From a virus (lineage: Duplodnaviria; Caudoviricetes): 64,000 bases of DNA. Of this stretch, positions 57,666 through 64,000 are shown in pieces (the stretch's first letter is position 1; each line of letters begins with the position of its first letter). The stretch is from IMG/VR virus record IMGVR_UViG_3300032330_001040, positions 50,248 through 114,247 of that record. One strand, 5' to 3'. A program made the translations under genes and the position numbers. The notes below the pieces were generated by a model, which saw only the letters and a program-made list of their open reading frames with translations, made no database searches and was not told where the DNA came from.

Positions 57666-57845
57666 ATGAAAACATTAATTACTGTTGTTGCTCTAACTTT
57701 CTCTTTAAATACATTTGCTGAAGCTGAATTGAAAAAAGTTTGCCATGATAAAACAGTAAAAGGTAAAGTTACACAAGTATGTAAAACTGTTAAGGTGCAT
57801 AAAAAATTAGAAGGTACAAAAGTACCGGAAAAGAAAAAGAAATAA
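57666..57845 (+). CDS. Small secreted basic protein (59 aa; not in the ORF track)
   Basis: AAGGA SD; MKTLITVVALTFSLNTFA-EAELKKVCHDK...VCKTVK...KKKK. Confidence 0.65.
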   Translation: MKTLITVVALTFSLNTFAEAELKKVCHDKTVKGKVTQVCKTVKVHKKLEGTKVPEKKKK

Positions 57846-57846
57846 A

Positions 57847-58266
57847 ATGTCCGATGAAATATCAGAAATCAAAGTTGATGTTGGTGTTTTAAAAACGCAA
57901 GTATTGACTTTATCAGCAATCTGTAATAAACTCGATTCATTAATAGAAAAACTGGTGGACCAGCATGACCGCCATATATCAAAAGTGTATGACGATATGA
58001 ACAATAACAGAAAAGAAAAAGACGCAGACATATCCGAAATACACGAAAGAATTGATACGGTATTGGATAAAGTTGACCAATCCGAAAAGTGTATCATGGA
58101 AGAAATTAGAGGATTGAAAAAAACAATGAATGAGCATGTAGAATCTTCTAGGAATCAATACGATAGATTGAACCAATGGAAGTGGACAATTGCCGGTGGT
58201 ATCATTGTTATCACATGGTTGATTTCTCACTCAAATTTTGATATACTGTTAAAAGCAATTAAATAA
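57847..58266 (+). CDS. Coiled-coil protein with C-terminal TM helix
   Basis: Heptad-rich body then 'WKWTIAGGIIVITWLI'. Confidence 0.65.
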   Translation: MSDEISEIKVDVGVLKTQVLTLSAICNKLDSLIEKLVDQHDRHISKVYDDMNNNRKEKDADISEIHERIDTVLDKVDQSEKCIMEEIRGLKKTMNEHVESSRNQYDRLNQWKWTIAGGIIVITWLISHSNFDILLKAIK

Positions 58267-58296
58267 TTTTTTGAATTTTTTAAGAATTGGTATATT

Positions 58297-59304
58297 ATGA
58301 GTGTTTATATTGACAGGACTTTCCTGCTCCGAGTTTCACCAAAATTACAAAGGTTTACTCAAAAAAAGACAGACCTTTATAATTTCAGATGTCCGCTCTG
58401 TGGCGACTCACAGAAAAATAAATCTAAATGTAGGGGATTCGTATACCGCAAAAAAGATGACTACTTTTATATGTGTCATAATTGTGGTGTGTCAACCACA
58501 TTTTACAATTTCTTAAAACAAGTAGATGAATCATTAGTAAAAGATTATCAATTAGAAAGGTATAAGAATGGTACACAGTACGCTAACACTCCTACGCCGG
58601 ATTTCGCAGAAGCAAAAGAGAAACCGGTTTTTCAAGAAAAAATTCAACTTGAATCAATACAATCGTTACCAGAGTCGCATTTTGCTAAAAGCTATGTTCA
58701 ACAAAGACGGATACCAGAGACCTTTTTGGGAAAACTATACTATGCGTCTGACTTTGCAGCCTTCATACAAACTCTTGGCGTTGAAAAGAGCGGCTTGCAA
58801 AAGAATGACCAGCGACTCGTCATTCCGTTCTTTGACGAAAAGAAGAATTTGGTCGCAGTCCAAGGCCGTGCATTAGGTGAAAGTAAATTAAGATATATCA
58901 CAATCAAGTTACATGATGATAACCAAAAAGTCTACGGACTTGATAGGATCAACCAGGATGAAATGATATATGTAGTGGAAGGTCCTATTGACTCAATGTT
59001 CTTAAATAATGCTGTTGCGACTGCTGATGCTAACTTAGAATCAATTACTAAAGTATTTGATAAATCTAAAGTAACTTTGATATTTGATAATGAGCCAAGA
59101 AATAAACAGATAGTTGAAAAAATAAATTTAGCTATCGATAATCACTTCAATGTGGTCATTTGGCCAGAGTTCATTGATTCTAAAGACATTAATGAAATGG
59201 TGTTGGATGGTTTCTCTCCTGATGAAATCCAAGACATTATAAGTAAGAATACCTTCGTGAATTTGAGAGCGAAAATGGAGTTTGTGAACTGGAAAAAGAT
59301 TTGA
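58297..59304 (+). CDS. 61: DNA primase gp61
   Basis: Zn finger 'CPLCGDS...CHNC'; TOPRIM 'VEGPIDS', 'DNEPRN'. Confidence 0.96.
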   Translation: MSVYIDRTFLLRVSPKLQRFTQKKTDLYNFRCPLCGDSQKNKSKCRGFVYRKKDDYFYMCHNCGVSTTFYNFLKQVDESLVKDYQLERYKNGTQYANTPTPDFAEAKEKPVFQEKIQLESIQSLPESHFAKSYVQQRRIPETFLGKLYYASDFAAFIQTLGVEKSGLQKNDQRLVIPFFDEKKNLVAVQGRALGESKLRYITIKLHDDNQKVYGLDRINQDEMIYVVEGPIDSMFLNNAVATADANLESITKVFDKSKVTLIFDNEPRNKQIVEKINLAIDNHFNVVIWPEFIDSKDINEMVLDGFSPDEIQDIISKNTFVNLRAKMEFVNWKKI

Positions 59305-59335
59305 AAGTTAATAACGATAACAATAAGGCGAATAC

Positions 59336-61126
59336 ATGGAATACCTAGGCATTAACATAGATTTACAAAGAGATAGTTTGTTTGACGAATTAGGAATTAA
59401 AAGACTTAAAGAAAGTTACATGAAAGAAGATGAAGAAAGTCCACAACACAGATTTGCTTTCGTATCAAAATCATTCAGTTCCAATCAAGAGCACGCACAA
59501 AGGTTATACGAGTATTCTAGTAAACATTGGCTCTCTTATAGCACTCCCATTCTTTCTTTTGGTCGCAGTAAGCGTGGTTTGCCTATATCATGTTTCCTTA
59601 ACTATATTGAAGATACTGCAGAGGGATTAGTTGAAAATCTGTCAGAAACAAATTGGCTCTCCATGTTGGGTGGTGGTGTCGGTATTGGCTTTGGTATTCG
59701 CTCTGCTGATGACAAGTCTACAGGGGTTATGCCACACCTTAAAATTTATGATGCGAGTTCTTTGGCTTATCGTCAAGGTCGCACTAGGCGTGGTTCTTAT
59801 GCTGCCTATCTCGATATTTCTCATCCTGATATTATTGGGTTCCTTGAAATGCGTAAGCCGACTGGTGACCAAAATCAAAGGTGTTTAAATTTACATCATG
59901 GTATTAATATCACAAATGACTTCATGCAGATTATTGAAAACTGTATGTTGGATCCTGAAGCTAACGATTCATGGAATTTGGTCGACCCAAAATCAAAAGA
60001 AATAAGAGAGACTGTATCTGCTAAGATGTTGTGGCAAATGATTCTGGAGTTGCGGATGCACACAGGAGAACCATATCTACATTTCATTGATACAAGTAAT
60101 GAACATTTACCACAATGGTTAAAAGATAAAGGATTAAAAGTACATCAATCGAATCTTTGTTCTGAAATTATTTTACCAACAAATGAAGAGCGCACAGCCG
60201 TATGTTGTTTATCATCATTAAATTTGGAGACATATGATGAATGGAAATCTGAAACACTATTTCTTAAAGACGTTGCCGAAATGCTTGATAATGTCCTTCA
60301 GTATTTCATTGATAATGCTCCTTCTAGTATCGCTCGTGCAAAGTATAGTGCCGAAAGAGAACGTTCTATTGGTATTGGTGCTCTTGGGTTCCATGCTTAT
60401 CTACAGCGCAATGGTATTGCTTTTGAAGGTGTCATGGCTAAAGTAGCTAATAATAGAATTTTCAGTTCTATTAGGAAAGGATTAGATGAAGCAAATCTTC
60501 AACTTGGATTGGAGCGTGGTGAAGCTCCTGATGCAATTGGTACTGGTCGTAGGTTTAGTCATCTTATGGCTATTGCTCCCAATGCTTCTTCTTCCATTAT
60601 CATGGGCAATACTTCTCCTAGTATTGAACCTTATCGTGCCAACGCTTATAGGCAAGATACTCTTTCGGGTTCTTTCTTAAATAAGAATCGTTGGTTAGAC
60701 GAGTTGATTATTGAAGCGTCAAATGAAAAACCAGCAGATTGGTATAATGAAGTTTGGTCATCTATTATTGCTAATGATGGTTCAGTACAGCATTTAGATT
60801 GGATGTCAGAGAATGATAAAGAAGTGTTTAAAACTTCAATGGAGATTGACCAACGTTGGGTTATTGAGTTGGCTGCAGATAGACAACAATATATTGACCA
60901 AGCACAATCTTTGAATTTATTTTTTAGACCAGATGCACATATTAAATATGTTCATGCTATTCATTTTATGGCATGGAAAAAAGGACTTAAAACTTTATAT
61001 TATTGCCGTTCTGAAAAGATTGGTAAGGCCGATAAAGTTTCTAAGAAAATAGAACGACAAGTTATTAAAGAGCTAGATATGACACAAGTAGCTCAAGGTA
61101 ACGACTGTATTGCTTGTGAAGGATAA
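59336..61126 (+). CDS. nrdA: Class I ribonucleotide reductase alpha subunit (short, no ATP cone visible)
   Basis: 'ISCF', 'SNLCSEI', 'APNASSS', 'KTLYYCR', C-terminal 'CIACEG'. Confidence 0.95.
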   Translation: MEYLGINIDLQRDSLFDELGIKRLKESYMKEDEESPQHRFAFVSKSFSSNQEHAQRLYEYSSKHWLSYSTPILSFGRSKRGLPISCFLNYIEDTAEGLVENLSETNWLSMLGGGVGIGFGIRSADDKSTGVMPHLKIYDASSLAYRQGRTRRGSYAAYLDISHPDIIGFLEMRKPTGDQNQRCLNLHHGINITNDFMQIIENCMLDPEANDSWNLVDPKSKEIRETVSAKMLWQMILELRMHTGEPYLHFIDTSNEHLPQWLKDKGLKVHQSNLCSEIILPTNEERTAVCCLSSLNLETYDEWKSETLFLKDVAEMLDNVLQYFIDNAPSSIARAKYSAERERSIGIGALGFHAYLQRNGIAFEGVMAKVANNRIFSSIRKGLDEANLQLGLERGEAPDAIGTGRRFSHLMAIAPNASSSIIMGNTSPSIEPYRANAYRQDTLSGSFLNKNRWLDELIIEASNEKPADWYNEVWSSIIANDGSVQHLDWMSENDKEVFKTSMEIDQRWVIELAADRQQYIDQAQSLNLFFRPDAHIKYVHAIHFMAWKKGLKTLYYCRSEKIGKADKVSKKIERQVIKELDMTQVAQGNDCIACEG

Positions 61127-61128
61127 GA

Positions 61129-62115
61129 ATGATTAAGAAAACAGATTTAGATATTACCTCAGAAAGAACTTATTTTAAGCCTTTTAATTATCCTTGGGCT
61201 TATGATGCATGGTTAAAACATGAACAGTCACATTGGTTACATACTGAAGTTCCTATGGCTGAAGATGTAAAAGATTGGAAGAAAAAATTAACTGATAGTG
61301 AAAAACAATTCCTAACACATATTTTTCGTTTCTTTACACAAGGTGATATTGATGTAGCAGGTGGTTACGTTAAAAATTATTTGCCTTACTTTAGTCAACC
61401 AGAAATTCGTATGATGTTAATGGGATTTGCTGCTCGTGAAGCATTACACGTTGCTGCTTATTCACACCTGATTGAAACTTTAGGTTTACCAGAGACAACA
61501 TATTCTGAATTTATGGAATATGCCGAGATGAAAGAAAAACATGATTACATTTTAGATATCTCAGCGAAAAATACTACAAAAGAAAATACAGCTACACATA
61601 TTGCTGTGTTCTCCGCATTTACAGAAGGCATGCAGTTGTTTTCGTCATTCATCATGTTGTTGAATTTCCCACGCCATGGTAAGATGAAAGGTATGGGACA
61701 AATTGTAACATGGTCGATTGTAGATGAAACACAACACGCTGAAAATATGATTAAATTATTCCGAACATATATAGAAGAAAATCGTGAAATCTGGAGTGAT
61801 GATTTAAAATCCAGAATTTATACTATTGCTGAAAAGATGGTTGAATTGGAAGATAAATTTATTGACTTGGCTTTTGAGATGGGTGCCATGGAAGATTTAA
61901 CTTCAGAAGATGTTAAGAAGTATATTCGTTATATAGCAGACAGACGTTTGATTTCTTTAGGACTCAAAGGTGTGTTTAAAGTGAAGAAGAATCCTTTGCC
62001 ATGGGTTGAGGAAATGATTAACGCACCAACACACACGAATTTCTTTGAGAACAGAGCAACCGATTATGCTAAAGGTTCGTTATCAGGAGATTGGGGTGAT
62101 GTTTGGGCTCATTAA
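61129..62115 (+). CDS. nrdB: Ribonucleotide reductase beta subunit
   Basis: 'REALH..AY', 'EGMQLFSSF', 'DETQH', 'NFFENRATDY'. Confidence 0.95.
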   Translation: MIKKTDLDITSERTYFKPFNYPWAYDAWLKHEQSHWLHTEVPMAEDVKDWKKKLTDSEKQFLTHIFRFFTQGDIDVAGGYVKNYLPYFSQPEIRMMLMGFAAREALHVAAYSHLIETLGLPETTYSEFMEYAEMKEKHDYILDISAKNTTKENTATHIAVFSAFTEGMQLFSSFIMLLNFPRHGKMKGMGQIVTWSIVDETQHAENMIKLFRTYIEENREIWSDDLKSRIYTIAEKMVELEDKFIDLAFEMGAMEDLTSEDVKKYIRYIADRRLISLGLKGVFKVKKNPLPWVEEMINAPTHTNFFENRATDYAKGSLSGDWGDVWAH

Positions 62116-62121
62116 AGGAAA

Positions 62122-62310
62122 ATGATGACCGAAAAAACATTATCAGGAGATTGTTTAAGTTGTGAATCAACTTACAGTATACATTTTATGGAAGAAATGG
62201 TGTCCCAAGAATTACCAGAACATTGTCCATTTTGTGGAGAAATCATCCAAGAGTTGGAAGAAGAATATATAGAGGATGACGATGAACCGGAAGATGAGGA
62301 ATGGGACTAA
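62122..62310 (+). CDS. Small zinc-ribbon protein
   Basis: 'CLSC...CPFCG' and acidic tail. Confidence 0.7.
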   Translation: MMTEKTLSGDCLSCESTYSIHFMEEMVSQELPEHCPFCGEIIQELEEEYIEDDDEPEDEEWD

Positions 62311-62732
62311 ATTGGCAATATAATGATAAAGATTTTACGGAAGACTTGATTGGTGATAATTACGGGTTCGTGTATCAGATAACTAATCTGACGAATGGTA
62401 GACAATACATAGGCAAGAAATTTTTTTATTCTGCCAAAACCAAACAAGTCAAAGGTAAGAAAAAAAGGTATAAAGTTTTAAGTAATTGGCAAACTTACTA
62501 TGGAAGTAGTGACAGTTTAACTAAAGATGTGTTACAATTAGGACACGACAATTTTAAACGTGAAATACTTCATCTTTGCCGTTCCAAAGGAGAATGTGGT
62601 TATCTTGAAGCTAAAGAGCAATTCATTAAAGGTGCTTTAGAATCAGATGATTACTACAATACTTGGATAATGGTACGAGTGAGAAAATCACACATACAAG
62701 GACTATTATGCTTGGATTCCTCGAAGGATTAA
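62301..62732 (+). CDS. GIY-YIG family endonuclease
   Basis: 'GFVYQITNLTNGRQYIGKK', 'YYGSS', 'FKREIL'. Confidence 0.8.
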   Translation: MGLNWQYNDKDFTEDLIGDNYGFVYQITNLTNGRQYIGKKFFYSAKTKQVKGKKKRYKVLSNWQTYYGSSDSLTKDVLQLGHDNFKREILHLCRSKGECGYLEAKEQFIKGALESDDYYNTWIMVRVRKSHIQGLLCLDSSKD

Positions 62733-63049
62733 AAAATGAAAAATTTGATATGATTCAATTTATGTCTGGTGATAATCAAGATATGATTGAAATTGTAACA
62801 AATGTTTATAATGATACACATGCGCCTACTGAAGAAACTACATTAGGAAAAAAATACCATATTATACTTTTTAAAGAAGATGAAGATGGTAAATTTATTA
62901 ATCAAGATAAATTTGAAGCAATACTACTTGACCCATTGGAATATATTTCGGAATTAATACCACAAAACTGGTATGGTATTATTGCCAAAAAAACAAATAA
63001 ATCTGAAAAATTTATCAATAATATATTTGACAAAATGATGGAAGTGTGA
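62708..63049 (+). CDS. Hypothetical protein
   Basis: ATG after an AAGGA SD. Confidence 0.55.
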   Translation: MLGFLEGLKNEKFDMIQFMSGDNQDMIEIVTNVYNDTHAPTEETTLGKKYHIILFKEDEDGKFINQDKFEAILLDPLEYISELIPQNWYGIIAKKTNKSEKFINNIFDKMMEV

Positions 63050-63055
63050 TATAAT
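63027..63055 (+). promoter_or_regulatory. Sigma70 promoter for rnh
   Basis: TTGACA-N17-TATAAT with TG extension. Confidence 0.85.
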
Positions 63056-63083
63056 AGAATTTTGAAACTATTGAAAGTTTGTT

Positions 63084-63932
63084 ATGTTACTCGTAGACTT
63101 AAACCAGGTATTACTTGCCGGACTTATGGCACAAATTTCAGCACAGAAAAATGCCAAATTGGAAGAATCACTCATTCGGCATATGGTATTGAATATCATT
63201 CGTACCCATGTTAAAAATTTCAAAGCTGAATATGGAGAAGTGGTACTTTGTTGTGATAATAGAAAATATTGGCGTAAAGAATTTTTTCCATTTTATAAAG
63301 CAGGCCGTAAGAAGTCAAGAGAAAAGTCCGATTTAGATTGGCACTTAATCTTTGATATACTTGCTAAACTCAAACAAGAACTCAGAGAAACATTCCCATA
63401 TAAAGTAATTGATGTTGAAGGTGCTGAAGCAGATGATATCATTGGTACTTTAGTTCCAATTTATGCTAGAGACCAAAAGATTTTAATTCTATCAAGCGAT
63501 GGAGATTTTTTACAACTGCAACAATATGGTTCTAATGTTAAGCAATACAATCCGTCTTTAAAGAAATACATAAAGTCTGTGGATCCAATATTAGAACTTA
63601 AAGAGAAAATTATCCGTGGTGATAAAGGTGATGGTATACCAAATATGTTTTCGCCTTCAGATTGTTTTGTTCGTGACCTTCGCCAAAAGCCTGTAACTAA
63701 AGGAATGTTGGATAAGTATCTTACAGAGAGTGTTGAAAATTACAATGAAACAGATAAAATAAATTTTGCAAGAAATTCTACGTTAATTGATTTAACAAAG
63801 ATACCTGTTGAGATTAAAGAGAAAATTATAAATACTTATAATGATACAAAACCGGCATCTCGCCAAAAGTTGTTGAACTATTTTATAGAACATAAACTAA
63901 AGAATTTAATGGATGTCATTGAGGAATTTTAA
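63084..63932 (+). CDS. rnh: T4-type RNase H (5'-3' exonuclease)
   Basis: 'YWRK..FP.YKA.R', 'EADDIIG', 'SSDGDF.QL', 'GDKGDGIPN'. Confidence 0.95.
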   Translation: MLLVDLNQVLLAGLMAQISAQKNAKLEESLIRHMVLNIIRTHVKNFKAEYGEVVLCCDNRKYWRKEFFPFYKAGRKKSREKSDLDWHLIFDILAKLKQELRETFPYKVIDVEGAEADDIIGTLVPIYARDQKILILSSDGDFLQLQQYGSNVKQYNPSLKKYIKSVDPILELKEKIIRGDKGDGIPNMFSPSDCFVRDLRQKPVTKGMLDKYLTESVENYNETDKINFARNSTLIDLTKIPVEIKEKIINTYNDTKPASRQKLLNYFIEHKLKNLMDVIEEF

Positions 63933-64000
63933 TGAAAAATATATATGAAGTTTTTGATGAGTTTGAGTTAGCTGAATCAAAAAAAGAAAGAATGGCTGTT
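63932..64000 (+). CDS. Hypothetical protein (3'-truncated)
   Basis: ATG overlapping the rnh stop after a GAGGA SD; open to the window end. Confidence 0.55.
   Translation, partial: MKNIYEVFDEFELAESKKERMAV

Noticed and set aside
262-60680. The many 60-150 aa nested or antisense ORFs in the track
   Set aside because: They overlap well-supported genes and show no recognisable protein motifs
1-64000. Stop-codon reassignment, introns/inteins, CRISPR arrays
   Set aside because: Core genes (gp43, gp41, nrdA/B, gp46) are intact and of normal length in the standard code; no suppressor tRNA or spaced direct repeats were seen

Overview
This window is 64 kb of a low-GC, T4-like (Tevenvirinae/Kyanoviridae-type) myophage genome with cyanophage/pelagiphage-like gene order. 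The host is probably an aquatic proteobacterium; Betaproteobacteria is suggested by a Bug/TctC protein (inference). Core genes: gp22, gp23, gp3, uvsY, uvsW, gp55, gp47, gp46, gp45, gp44, gp62, regA, hsp20, gp43, uvsX, gp41, gp61, nrdA, nrdB and rnh. Accessory content: (i) a DctP / oxygenase / TctC island and a radical SAM gene after gp23; (ii) a tRNA region with six tRNAs, an aberrant tRNA-Gly and several unexplained structured RNAs, plus rubrerythrin and rubredoxin; (iii) the only well-supported minus-strand block, an 8 kb unit behind a late-promoter-like motif, encoding CsgF, CsgG, a curlin-repeat protein, a FecR protein, a CHASE2 class III adenylate cyclase and an autotransporter-like barrel; (iv) a glycosyl-/methyltransferase island; (v) a block of proteins with T4-like capsid-targeting N-termini, including a His-rich ligase-fold protein, a HIGH-nucleotidyltransferase/P-loop kinase fusion and modular polyproteins; (vi) a lysis cassette. 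A ROSE-like RNA thermometer precedes hsp20. All calls come from reading motifs and synteny by eye; no searches were run.
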